From contig JBCBZT010000003.1 in the NCBI GenBank assembly GCA_039815185.1, positions 32,001 through 96,000 on the forward strand: a DNA stretch of 64,000 nt, given 5' to 3'. The notes beneath the pieces were generated by a model. That model did not search any database and was not told the DNA's origin. It saw only the letters and a program-made list of their open reading frames with translations. This stretch comes from Cyanobacteria bacterium P01_A01_bin.123. Its GTDB lineage: Bacteria; Cyanobacteriota; Cyanobacteriia; Phormidesmidales; Phormidesmidaceae. A program made the position numbers and the translations under genes. This document shows positions 22,672 to 32,561 of this stretch, in pieces (within the stretch, counting starts at the first letter, position 1; every line of letters starts with the position of its first letter).

Positions 22672-22719
22672 TCCTTATCTTTAACCCGAGGCCACTGCCC
22701 CTCGACTCAGCCTTTACGC

Positions 22720-23334
22720 CTATTCCAAAAACGGTAATACAAAGGTAATGGGTGCCTTCTCCTCTAAAATCACGCGGGCCGTGGTTGAAGTGCCCGCCAT
22801 TAGTTGCGGATGGGAGCTACCCAGAGCACTCCAGCGATACCCATCAGGCGATCGCGGGTCGCGTTCAATTTCAGCAACCACTTCCACCCGTCCGTCTTGC
22901 ATCGTGTCGGGGGCTTCGTCTTGCTTAAACCGCGCCATTTCTAGGGTGCGAATCGGCGGTTCTGACACGTCGACCACGGTAGCCACTAAGCCCCCAGCGC
23001 GATCGCCCGCCATGGCCGCTGGCACGATTAAGATTTTCATCCCAGGCTCAATGCGGGTGCCCGTGCTTTGGTCAAAAAAGGTGATGCCCACTAGGTCATC
23101 GGTGCCTTCGTTGGGATACACCAAAATGCCTTCCCCGACACCGTGAATGGGAATCCGACCAAAGATGCTCCAGCCGATCGCGACAGTAATCACTAGCGCT
23201 GCTGCGCCCAACGGCAACCAACTGCGCGGATTAACAATTTGCATCAGTTGGTCAAGCCGCTCAGGGGAAGAGAGCCGCTCCAGCGCCTCTTGACGAAATA
23301 GAGAATTTTGATTGTCTTTGGCGGAATCAGACAT
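22720..23334 (-). CDS. NHLP-system secretion (HlyD-like) protein, short form
   Basis: LFRQEALERLSSPERLDQLM N-terminus, TM helix, C-terminal GYRWS...PITFVLPFL; only 204 aa. Confidence 0.85.
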   Translation of the reverse strand: MSDSAKDNQNSLFRQEALERLSSPERLDQLMQIVNPRSWLPLGAAALVITVAIGWSIFGRIPIHGVGEGILVYPNEGTDDLVGITFFDQSTGTRIEPGMKILIVPAAMAGDRAGGLVATVVDVSEPPIRTLEMARFKQDEAPDTMQDGRVEVVAEIERDPRSPDGYRWSALGSSHPQLMAGTSTTARVILEEKAPITFVLPFLE

Positions 23335-23335
23335 A

Positions 23336-24382
23336 TTACAATCCCAACTGTTCTAACATCCAGTTAAACCGCGCTGCCCCTTGGGAAACCTGCTGGAGAT
23401 CATCGAGATCCAGCTCATCGTCGTCCATGACATTGCTCATCGCTTGAACTCCGCCATTGCTCCCTTGCGTAGCGGTTGACCCTCCAACTAACTGTTCCAT
23501 TACCGTTTGCAGCAGCTCCGAAATTTGCACCGCAATCACGCGGTAAAACCGGGAGGCGAAGCCCATGTCTGTTTGCAGCTTCACCGTCATCGCCGAACGG
23601 GGGATGGTAAACACCAGCGAGTCTCCTAAACTCCGAATGGTGACGGGCATCGGACGAGAATCTAAGAACGATATAATTCCTGGTAGCCCCCCCTTAGAAA
23701 TCTCAGCAAAAACTTGATAATTGCGCGATCGCTTCTCCAAACTGATGAAGCACATGGACAGGGGGTTACAGTAACTATCGGGCACCGCGATAGAAAAGCG
23801 CCCGTCAAGAACCAGATGCAGCGCATCCACCGGACGCCCCACTTGCAATAGCACTCGGTCGGCAGATAACTTTTCCACCTTGCCTGCGCTAATCAACCAG
23901 TCCACATCACTGTCGCGCAGCTCGCTAAAGATAAACAGCGCCTCTTTGACGGCATGGGCTTTACCTAAGTTCAGCTTGTCAGACATTTCAAACATGCTGC
24001 GTAGGCGTTCTGACAGCATCACCGCGATCGCCCGATAGAAGTGAGCCGCAAAGGTCATATCTTCGGCTAACTTAGTCGTCAGCAACCCTTTTGGAATGGT
24101 AATCACCTGGGAGGGTTGAACTGCTTTCACCATCCCGAGTGAGGGTAGGTCGAACAAAGGCGCCTCGCCAAAAATTTCCCCCCGGTTAATGGTGGTCAGG
24201 GGGCGATCGCCACTATCCCCTTGAAACAGGGTTACCCCGCCCTCTAACAGTACATAAATGGCATCCCAAGGATCGTTGGGGCGTAGCATCACTTGCTCAG
24301 CCGATACGGTATCGTGCTGTCCAGTGGTGACGAGCCAGTCGAGGTCAGTATTAGTCAACTCACGCAACAGAACATCTGCCAT
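23336..24382 (-). CDS. Tandem cyclic-nucleotide-binding-domain protein associated with bacteriocin transport
   Basis: Two repeats of ELxxxDxDWL...F(A/S)xxFYR; GEIFGE. Confidence 0.85.
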   Translation of the reverse strand: MADVLLRELTNTDLDWLVTTGQHDTVSAEQVMLRPNDPWDAIYVLLEGGVTLFQGDSGDRPLTTINRGEIFGEAPLFDLPSLGMVKAVQPSQVITIPKGLLTTKLAEDMTFAAHFYRAIAVMLSERLRSMFEMSDKLNLGKAHAVKEALFIFSELRDSDVDWLISAGKVEKLSADRVLLQVGRPVDALHLVLDGRFSIAVPDSYCNPLSMCFISLEKRSRNYQVFAEISKGGLPGIISFLDSRPMPVTIRSLGDSLVFTIPRSAMTVKLQTDMGFASRFYRVIAVQISELLQTVMEQLVGGSTATQGSNGGVQAMSNVMDDDELDLDDLQQVSQGAARFNWMLEQLGL

Positions 24383-24779
24383 AGGGTCTAAGGGAAGTTA
24401 GGTTGGAACATCCATGATGCAGTTTTAGTATAAATCCGAGTTATGAAGAATCAGATTTTGCTGGGCTTTAGTTTCCAGACAACGTTGATCTAGAGAACCA
24501 ATTGCTGGTTTTTGATGCTTTTAGCCGTGAACCTATCAAGTCAAAAGGATTTAGTCAATTCATAAAAACTTCAGTTCGTCTTCTGCTACTTATGATCAAC
24601 CCTTTAAGAACCAGGGGTTACTGACGTTTCATCAGCTAAGGTTATGCCGGGATTCAATCCGCAGCCATAAATTAGTCTCTAAACAAAAATTAATTTACTG
24701 CTCAGATTCAAGAGTTGATTATTCCTTTTGGAGGCGCTAGGGTGGAGCTGTCAACATTCAACTTGAATGGGGTTTAACC

Positions 24780-24968
24780 ATGGGTATGGAAGATATCAAG
24801 AAAACAGCTGAGGACATCAAAGAAGCTGTCTCCGACGGTGAACTGTCTGTAGATGAACTCAAGGAAGTTGCTGGTGGTGTCAATCTTGACCAGCTCCGTC
24901 GCGAAAACCTAGATAAAGATGCTTCTAACTTGGATGAAATCCGCAGCGAAAATCTTGACAAGGACTAG
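24780..24968 (+). CDS. Double-glycine-leader precursor peptide
   Basis: ELSVDELKEVAGG cleavage motif; divergent from a C39 transporter cluster; repeated core. Confidence 0.85.
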   Translation: MGMEDIKKTAEDIKEAVSDGELSVDELKEVAGGVNLDQLRRENLDKDASNLDEIRSENLDKD

Positions 24969-25208
24969 GTGATTGTTCCGGAGAAGTTGACTGCTATTGA
25001 AGCTGACTCCTTGACTCCCAAATTCTCTGGGTGTTGAGCCTAACTTCCTTACCATTCCTTCCTTGGGGCATACCGTATGGAAGATTGCAGGGCTTTTAAT
25101 CCATGTCAGCAGAGGAAAGCTAGTAGTCTGTTGAGCACTTTTCAAACGTTTTCATAGGGCTAAAGTTTTTGATGCTAAAGGCTTTAGCAGGTTCATCACC
25201 ACAAATAG

Positions 25209-25237
25209 AGCCCCTAGCGCTTAGCTGGGGGCTTTTT
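25209..25237 (+). terminator. Intrinsic terminator downstream of the precursor gene
   Basis: AGCCCCTAGC-GCTTA-GCTGGGGGCT followed by TTTT. Confidence 0.75.
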
Positions 25238-25519
25238 ATTATGACAAAAATAGTCATCGCTACTCAATCTTGAGAAATAGTATTTTGGATAACTCTTTTG
25301 AATTGATGTTGATCAAGTGTTTGATGTTTGGATTTGGGGTTAAATCTTGACCATATCCAGCTCCCTGGCTTGCCTGAGCTAATTAAAGAAATGGGGCTTG
25401 CAATCGCACAAGACATTGTGGCGGTTACTATAAGAGCTTTGGGTCAATGCGATCGCTGAGTCGTTCGTTGCATTGGTTTTGCGTTCTGTTTGCTCCCCTT
25501 GCCTTCCCGCCTTTAAGTC

Positions 25520-28500
25520 ATGGGTTCTCTAGCGCTAGCTCATTCTCAGTCAGTTGCTCCGACGTCTGCATTGCTGCACGCCGTGATTGAACACATCCGC
25601 GACCCGCTGTATGTGAAAGCGCGGGATCATCGCTGGGTGTTGTGCAACCAGCCCTTATGCCAGCTTGTGGGTAGGGCAGATGATCTGTCGTTAATGCAGC
25701 GCAATTTAGATCAGACATTGGCTGATGAGGGTAGACAGCTCGATGAGCAGGTATTTGTGACCGGGCAATCCAGCGCTGTAGAGACGACGGTAATTGATCA
25801 CCAAGGAGAAGCGAAGGTTGTCACAATTCATCGCTCCCGTTTGCAAGATGAGCGCGGGACTTTCTACGTGTTGGGTACGCTGCAAACTCAGGACGCCGAG
25901 ATCATCACACCGACTCAGATAGAACATGCCTTGGCCGAGAGTGAAACTCGCTTCCACAATCTGATGAGCAATCTCCCAGCCATGATTTATCGCTGTTGCT
26001 ACGATGCTGATTGGACGATGAACTTTGTCAGCGACTTTGCTTCAGACCTCACTGGCTATAGCGCAGAAAGCTTTGTCAATAACCGCGATCGCAGTTGGGC
26101 CAGCATCATTCACCCTGAAGATCGGGCTCATGTTGAAGTTGAAGTCACCATTGCGATTGTCACCCGCCAACCCTACCAAATCGAATACCGATTGCGACAT
26201 CAAGATGGCCATCTGCGCTGGGTCTTAGAACGGGGCCAAGCGCAGCTTGATCAAGACGGGGAGGTGGCGTATCTCGATGGGGTCATTTTTGATATCACCC
26301 AACACAAACAGATGATTGCCGCGCTGGAACAGAGCGAATTAACTAACCGCGCTTTAGTTGGCGCCATTCCCGATTTGTTGATTCGGGTGCGTCGAGACGG
26401 CGTCAATCTCAATGTGCTAACCAGTGGTGACATAGCCCCCCTCAAAATTCATCGGTTTGTCGACGGCTCCCGAGTGGAGGATTCCCTGCCGCTAGATCTA
26501 GCCCAGCGTCGCATGGCTGCTATCCAGGCCGCGTTGGCAACCGGGGAAATGCAGCAGTATGAACAGCGATTAGAGTATCAAGGTCAGCCTCAATACGAAG
26601 AAGTGCGCGTGGTGCCTTGCCAAGCCGATGAGGCCCTCGTAATCGTCCGGGATATTAGCGAGCGGAAACGGCTCGAAGCCGAACGCCAACAGACCGAACT
26701 CGAGCTCCATCGCCTCAATACTGAACTCGAAGCCCGCGTTACCGAGGGGACTGTCGCCCTGCAATCGAGCCAGCGACAGTTAGAGCTGCTGATTCAGCAG
26801 ACCCCCATGGCGGTGATTGAATGGGATCTTGACGGTAAAATCCAGGCTTGGAATCCCGCTGCGGAAAGCATGTTTGGCTACTCTGCAGCTGAAGTCATTG
26901 GCCAAACCTTTGAACGATGCGTTCCCCCAGAAGAATGGCCCGACGTGCAGCAAACCTTCAGGACCCTGTTGAATCAGCGAACGGTGATCACTCGGGTCAA
27001 TGAAAATCTCACCCGCAATGGCCACACTATTTTGTGTGAGTGGCATAACTCGCCCTTGATTGATGAAAATGAGTCAGTTGTCGGCATCGCTGCCTTTGCG
27101 GCTGACATTACCCAGCGCCATCAAGCCGAAAAAGAGCAGGCCAAACTGCTTGCTATCTTAGAAGCCACCCCAGACTTTATCGGTATCGCTGATACCCAAG
27201 GTCAGCTGTTGTATATCAATCGAGCTGGGAAACAGATCCTGGGGCTCGATACTGATGCGCAACTGCCCAACATTAACCGAGTTCTATCGCCTAAGAGCAG
27301 CATTCGGCTAATGCAAGAAGGTATCCCCATCGCCCTCAAGCAAGGCATTTGGCGTGGAGAGAATACCCTCAACAGCCGTACTGGACAATCAATTCCCATT
27401 TCCCAGGTGATTGTGACTCACCGAGACGACACCGGGCAGGTCGGTTTTCTCTCGACCATTGGCCGAGACATTACTGAGCGTAAACAAGCTGAAAATGCCC
27501 TGCGCAAGAGCGAACGGCGTTTCCGAGACATCAGCGAAGCGGCTGGAGAATACATTTGGGAGATAGATACGCAAGGGTGCTATACCTTTGTCACAGATAA
27601 AGCCAAAGCGGTTAAAGGCTACTGGCCCTCTGAGTTGATTGGGCATACTCCTTACGAATTTATGCCCCCTGAAGATGTGTCCAGGGTCAACGCCATCATT
27701 GAAAGGGCTGCTATCCGGCGCAGAAGTTTTCGACTCGAACATCGCACCCGCACTCCAGAAGGCGAAATTGTTTGGGAAGAAATGAGCGGCGTTCCTCAGC
27801 TCGATGCTGAAGGCGAGGTGATTGGCTTTCGCGGTGCGGGGTTGAGCATTACTGAACGCAAACGCTCAGAAATTGCGCTGCAACAATCCGAGCTGAATCT
27901 GCGCTTAAAAGCAGCCCAACTCGAACAGGCAATCAAAGAACTACAGCAGACCCAGGCAAAAATGATTCAAAGCGAAAAAATGTCGAGTCTGGGGCAACTG
28001 GTGGCTGGGGTAGCCCACGAAATCAACAACCCAGTCAACTTCATCCACGGCAATTTGGACTATGCCACTGCCTACACCGAAGATTTATTAGAGCTGATTG
28101 CCCTTTACCAAACCTATTATCCAGAGCCTGTCGACGCGATCGCCACCCGAACTAGCACTATCGATCTGCCCTTCCTACAGCAAGATTTGCCCAAGCTGCT
28201 CAAATCGATGAATGTGGGAGCCCAACGCATCCAAGACATCGTTAGGTCGTTGCGGACCTTTTCGCGCATGGATGAAGCGGAGGTGAAAGCGGTTGATCTG
28301 CACGAGGGCATTGACAGCACGCTGATGATTTTGCAAAGTCGTCTCAAAGAACAACCCAACCGCCCTGCCATTGAGGTGGTGTTTGATTATGACACGCTCC
28401 CCAAGGTGGAGTGCTATGCGGGCCAGATGAACCAAGTGTTTATGAATATTTTGGTCAATGCCATCGATGCCCTAGAGGAGGCCTATGAAGCAGGCCAGTG

Positions 28501-28819
28501 CCCGCAACCCCAAGTCACGATTCAAACCCGATTGATTCATTTGCCGAGTGCCTCTTTACCCCAGGCGGTAATCGGCATCCACGACAATGGTCCAGGCATT
28601 CCTGAGGATATCCGCAACCGTTTATTTGACCCCTTCTTTACCACGAAAGCGATTGGTAAAGGCACAGGGATGGGCCTTTCCATCAGTTATCAAATCATCA
28701 CTGAAAACCACAACGGCATGGTGGAATGTCTTTCTGAAGTCGGTCGAGGCACAGAATTTCGGATCACGATTCCTTTTAATCCTGATGTCGTGCAAGGCAT
28801 CACAGGTTCAGAAAACTAG
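25520..28819 (+). CDS. Soluble multi-PAS sensor histidine kinase
   Basis: Several PAS/PAC repeats ending in DITER; H-box [42 protein letters not shown]. Confidence 0.93.
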   Translation: MGSLALAHSQSVAPTSALLHAVIEHIRDPLYVKARDHRWVLCNQPLCQLVGRADDLSLMQRNLDQTLADEGRQLDEQVFVTGQSSAVETTVIDHQGEAKVVTIHRSRLQDERGTFYVLGTLQTQDAEIITPTQIEHALAESETRFHNLMSNLPAMIYRCCYDADWTMNFVSDFASDLTGYSAESFVNNRDRSWASIIHPEDRAHVEVEVTIAIVTRQPYQIEYRLRHQDGHLRWVLERGQAQLDQDGEVAYLDGVIFDITQHKQMIAALEQSELTNRALVGAIPDLLIRVRRDGVNLNVLTSGDIAPLKIHRFVDGSRVEDSLPLDLAQRRMAAIQAALATGEMQQYEQRLEYQGQPQYEEVRVVPCQADEALVIVRDISERKRLEAERQQTELELHRLNTELEARVTEGTVALQSSQRQLELLIQQTPMAVIEWDLDGKIQAWNPAAESMFGYSAAEVIGQTFERCVPPEEWPDVQQTFRTLLNQRTVITRVNENLTRNGHTILCEWHNSPLIDENESVVGIAAFAADITQRHQAEKEQAKLLAILEATPDFIGIADTQGQLLYINRAGKQILGLDTDAQLPNINRVLSPKSSIRLMQEGIPIALKQGIWRGENTLNSRTGQSIPISQVIVTHRDDTGQVGFLSTIGRDITERKQAENALRKSERRFRDISEAAGEYIWEIDTQGCYTFVTDKAKAVKGYWPSELIGHTPYEFMPPEDVSRVNAIIERAAIRRRSFRLEHRTRTPEGEIVWEEMSGVPQLDAEGEVIGFRGAGLSITERKRSEIALQQSELNLRLKAAQLEQAIKELQQTQAKMIQSEKMSSLGQLVAGVAHEINNPVNFIHGNLDYATAYTEDLLELIALYQTYYPEPVDAIATRTSTIDLPFLQQDLPKLLKSMNVGAQRIQDIVRSLRTFSRMDEAEVKAVDLHEGIDSTLMILQSRLKEQPNRPAIEVVFDYDTLPKVECYAGQMNQVFMNILVNAIDALEEAYEAGQCPQPQVTIQTRLIHLPSASLPQAVIGIHDNGPGIPEDIRNRLFDPFFTTKAIGKGTGMGLSISYQIITENHNGMVECLSEVGRGTEFRITIPFNPDVVQGITGSEN

Positions 28820-28844
28820 CAGCCATTTTCCAGACTGTTGCCAC

Positions 28845-28875
28845 AATCCACAATCGCCAATCTAAAATCCAAAAT
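28845..28875. repeat. Heptameric STRR-like tandem repeat
   Basis: AATCCAC AATCGCC AATCTAA AATCCAA AAT. Confidence 0.6.
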
Positions 28876-29188
28876 GGTACAACCAGCCACCCATGGTCTA
28901 CCCACAAGATAGATCGGTTATTTCCCCTAGGGTTAACTAGACGTGCCACTTAAGCTGTAACCGTAGCGTTTATGAAGCTTTATGGCGTCTTTGCTTACCC
29001 TATTTATCTTCCTCTGGGGCGTGTTGGTCGTGATGTATCAGTTCAGCAGCTTTTGAGTATGGGCAACGCGCGTTGCCCTAGCCCCCCCCTTCCGCCTGCA
29101 CTCTTTTCTCCCCTTTTGTCCCAGTCGATACAACACCGACCCGCATCCTCCGACACATTAATGAATGTTCCTTAGAAGATAGCGGCTA

Positions 29189-30526
29189 ATGGTTGTGGCG
29201 ATCCCCTCTGCTGAGGCAATTACTGATTGGGTTGAATCCTTAAGGGCTCAGGATGTCAAATATGTGCGTTTTGAACTGCCCGATTTGCATGGGGTTTCTC
29301 GGCTGAAAGTCATCCCTATTGCTAAGGTCGAGGGCTATGCCCGCAAAGGGCTTAACTTTTATGGCGGCACCCTGGCTTTAGATACGGCGTCATCGGTGGT
29401 GTCTTCATCGGGATACCACGAAGAACGCAAATACCAAGACCATCTGCTGTTTCCTGATATCAATAGCTGCACTGCTGTGCCCTGGATGGACAGCACCGTA
29501 AAGGTGGTGTGTGATGCCTACTGGACTCCGGAAGAGCCCTTGTTGGGGGCTCCCCGCTACGTGCTGCAATCATTGCTCGACACGGCTCAGCAAATGGGCT
29601 TTGACGTGATGATGGGGCACGAGTTTGAGTTTTACTTGCTTGATCCGGAGACCCATAAACCGCTGTTTGACGGGTTACACATTTTCAATCACATCCGCAA
29701 TCAATATGTGCCTGAGATTGGTCAGATGCTTGACTATCTGCAAGCCGCAGGCATAGACGTGATTACCCATAACTGTGAGTATGCGCCCTCTCAATTTGAG
29801 ATTAACTACGGGCCAGGTATAGGTATTCAGGGGGCAGATAAGGCATTTACGTTTAAGAATGCGGTGAAAGAAATTGCCCACCATCTGGGCTATCACGCCA
29901 GTTTTATGTCAAAACCATTTGCGGGCTTGGCAGGCTGCTGCTGCCATTTCCACCTCAGTCTTTGGCAAGACGGCACGAATGTTTTTTTAGACCCCAGCGA
30001 TCGCGATGGTTTGTCCTCAACCGCTAAGTCTTTCATTCAAGGCATTCTTGACCATGCCCCAGCGATGCTACCGCTCATTGGGCCAACACCGAACTGTTAT
30101 CGACGGCTAAAGCCCCATACCTTCGCCCCGTCCAATATTAGCTGGGGCATTGAAGATCGCACCGCGATGGTGCGGGTGAAGGCCACTAAAGACGAGGGTA
30201 CCCATTTGGAAATGCGGGCAGGTTCAGGATTGAGTAATCCCTACCTGAGCGCAGCGGCAACCCTGGCAGCGGGGCTACTGGGCCTTAAGGAACAGCGAGA
30301 ACTACAGCCGATGGTCAACGGGCCCAGTGAAGAAGATCCCAGTTTGCTGCCCTTCCCGAAAACGTTAGACGCGGCCTTAGAAGCGCTGACCGCAGATGCA
30401 TCAATGCAAGAGATGCTGGGGGCCGAGTTTTGCAAATTGTTCTCGACCGTCAAGGAATTTGAACTGGCGCGCTTCCATGACCACATTACAGATTGGGAAG
30501 TGGCGGAGTATTTGGAGGTGTATTAG
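29189..30526 (+). CDS. Glutamine synthetase-like protein (probable gamma-glutamyl-amine ligase)
   Basis: HEFEFYL, EYAPSQFEIN, FMSKP, HFHLSL, YRRL, HLEMR; flap reads TFAP rather than YEAP. Confidence 0.88.
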   Translation: MVVAIPSAEAITDWVESLRAQDVKYVRFELPDLHGVSRLKVIPIAKVEGYARKGLNFYGGTLALDTASSVVSSSGYHEERKYQDHLLFPDINSCTAVPWMDSTVKVVCDAYWTPEEPLLGAPRYVLQSLLDTAQQMGFDVMMGHEFEFYLLDPETHKPLFDGLHIFNHIRNQYVPEIGQMLDYLQAAGIDVITHNCEYAPSQFEINYGPGIGIQGADKAFTFKNAVKEIAHHLGYHASFMSKPFAGLAGCCCHFHLSLWQDGTNVFLDPSDRDGLSSTAKSFIQGILDHAPAMLPLIGPTPNCYRRLKPHTFAPSNISWGIEDRTAMVRVKATKDEGTHLEMRAGSGLSNPYLSAAATLAAGLLGLKEQRELQPMVNGPSEEDPSLLPFPKTLDAALEALTADASMQEMLGAEFCKLFSTVKEFELARFHDHITDWEVAEYLEVY

Positions 30527-30667
30527 GGAGGAAGTGGTGATGTGCTGTCGGTTTAAACCTTGTCCACATCAACTTAATGGGTTCTCCCTGACGCTAATTA
30601 GATGTGGCCTAACAACGGCAGTGATAGCAAAAAACTGAGTGGTTTATCAGGAGCTTAAGAATTGAGC

Positions 30668-31573
30668 ATGATGACAACAAAAACTCAAGGGTCCATTACA
30701 TCTGAGCAGGCTGAACAGTTTCACCGCGACGGGTTTTTGGTCGTTGAGAATCTCATCGAGCCAGATTTGGTAGCGCGTTTAGTGGCGCGGTTTGATCCCT
30801 TGTTCGCAGGGGAATTTGAAACCGGGGTTTATCCTGACGAGTGGCACTGGAATCCGTACCTGGGCAAGCCGGGGGCTGCGGGGCAGATGACGGGGGCATG
30901 GAAGTGCGATCACACGGTGGCCTCAGCCATGCTATCGGCCAAAATGGGTCAAATAGCAGCAGTTTTAGAAGGTTGGTCAGGGGCACGGCTGCTAGCAGAT
31001 GGTCTTTGGCAAAAACCCTATGGGGCTAGGGAAACAACCCTGCACCAAGACTCCATGTACATCAATTACCACACGCCACCGGGCGTGATTACCTGCTGGA
31101 TTGCTCTTAGCCATGCCGTTGCTGGGGCCAGTACGATTGAGTACGCGCGGGGATCCCATCGATGGAAGCTGTCTGAGGCCGTCCCTGAATTTCATAATCA
31201 GGACAAAAGTTATCTGGCTGAAATGGAGCGGGCGGCTAAGTTGGCAGGGGTGGCGCAACCTGAAGTCGTGCAGCTCGACATTCCTCCTGGGAGTGGTGTC
31301 TTTCACCACGGCAATACCTGGCACGGTTCCGGCCAAAACACAATGAACGTTGTTCGCCGCAGCATGGTGGTGGCCTATGTGCCTGCTGAAGCCCGGTTTA
31401 AGCCTTTTGGTGCCTATGTCCCAGGGGGCTACATCGCAGGCAAATACCGTCGCCATGGCGATGACACGATGGATGAAAGCTTCTTCCCAATTGTTTGGCG
31501 CGAGGACGGTTATCGTAGCCCGTTCCTGGCGGATTATTGCGACAACGCCCAGACATCCCATTTGGCTATCTAA
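30668..31573 (+). CDS. PhyH-family Fe(II)/2-oxoglutarate dioxygenase
   Basis: FHRDGFLVV, LHQD (HxD), TCWIAL, GSHRW, HHGNTWHGSGQN, RR. Confidence 0.88.
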   Translation: MMTTKTQGSITSEQAEQFHRDGFLVVENLIEPDLVARLVARFDPLFAGEFETGVYPDEWHWNPYLGKPGAAGQMTGAWKCDHTVASAMLSAKMGQIAAVLEGWSGARLLADGLWQKPYGARETTLHQDSMYINYHTPPGVITCWIALSHAVAGASTIEYARGSHRWKLSEAVPEFHNQDKSYLAEMERAAKLAGVAQPEVVQLDIPPGSGVFHHGNTWHGSGQNTMNVVRRSMVVAYVPAEARFKPFGAYVPGGYIAGKYRRHGDDTMDESFFPIVWREDGYRSPFLADYCDNAQTSHLAI

Positions 31574-31587
31574 TTTCTGAATATCCT

Positions 31588-32490
31588 ATGCCTGCTTTGC
31601 AAACCCCTATCTCCCTGACATTGGCGCAAATTGCCCAATTTCAATCCCAGGGCTATCTCATCCTTGAAAACCTGTTGACGCCTGCTCAGGTTGACCAAAT
31701 CAGCGATCGCTTCGATCCCCTTTTTGACACCCAATTTGAAACCGGCATCTATCCCGATGAATGGTATGGTCGCCCTGGCCTTAGCCAGCCTAATGCAACT
31801 CGCCAGATGACTGGGCTGTGGCGCTGCGATCGCACCCTAGCCAGCTATACCCTCTCTCGCGAAATTGCCCGCCTCAATGCTACCCTCATGGGCTGGGACG
31901 GCGCTCGTTACGCGTTTGATGCCTGCTGGATCAAGCCCCCTGATGCCCCAGAAGTTTCGTTTCATCGCAACAATACTTACGTCTCTAGCGTTGCCCCGGC
32001 CACTGTGATCACCTGTTGGATTGCCCTCAGTGACGCTACTGCCGCAGCTGGCACCCTCGAAATTGCCCCAGGATCTCACCAATGGAAGTGCTCGGATACT
32101 GTTCGTTTCCTGCATGCTCCTCAAAATGATTACCGCGCCCCTCTCTGGCAAGCGGCGACTGAAGCAGGCGTTGAAAGTCCCCAAATTGTCCCTATTGAGC
32201 TTCCGCTTGGCAGTGCCGTTTTCTTCCATGGCAACCTCTGGCACGGGTCAGGCCGTAATCGCACTGCTGACCAAACTCGCCGTAGCCTTTCCATCACTGC
32301 GCTGCCTGCTGCTACTCAATTTCAGCCGCTTGACATCGGCACGGGCTACATCTTCAGCCGTTATCGCCGTATCGGAGATTTGTCCATGGACGATAGCTTC
32401 TTTCCAATACTTTGGCAAAAAGACGGCGATCGCACCCCGTTTTTACAAGAGTATTGTCAAGATGCCTTATTGCCTGAGCTCAAGCCGTAG
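31588..32490 (+). CDS. PhyH-family dioxygenase paralogue (HxN)
   Basis: Shares FETGIYPDEW, TCWIALS, GSHQW and HGNLWHGSG with the upstream gene; FHRN in place of HxD. Confidence 0.85.
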   Translation: MPALQTPISLTLAQIAQFQSQGYLILENLLTPAQVDQISDRFDPLFDTQFETGIYPDEWYGRPGLSQPNATRQMTGLWRCDRTLASYTLSREIARLNATLMGWDGARYAFDACWIKPPDAPEVSFHRNNTYVSSVAPATVITCWIALSDATAAAGTLEIAPGSHQWKCSDTVRFLHAPQNDYRAPLWQAATEAGVESPQIVPIELPLGSAVFFHGNLWHGSGRNRTADQTRRSLSITALPAATQFQPLDIGTGYIFSRYRRIGDLSMDDSFFPILWQKDGDRTPFLQEYCQDALLPELKP

Positions 32491-32561
32491 CTGAGATGGG
32501 TGAATGATTCTGAGTTAATCGCAACGAGTGCCGACAATTAACAACTCCCCCTCCTCAAACT

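Noticed and set aside
24879..24968. Precursor core as a graspetide or lanthipeptide
   Set aside because: No Cys, no Thr-rich motif, and no ATP-grasp or Lan enzyme in the window
25520..28819. Histidine kinase as receptor for the exported peptide
   Set aside because: No transmembrane or periplasmic domain; separated from the precursor by a terminator; only adjacency supports it
28972..29175. NtcA site, glutamine riboswitch or 67-aa ORF upstream of the GS-like gene
   Set aside because: Only a GTC-N8-TAC near-match with no correctly spaced -10; no glnA-motif sequence; ORF not protein-like
29189..30526. Canonical glnA
   Set aside because: Lacks the DGSS and YEAP ammonia-site motifs
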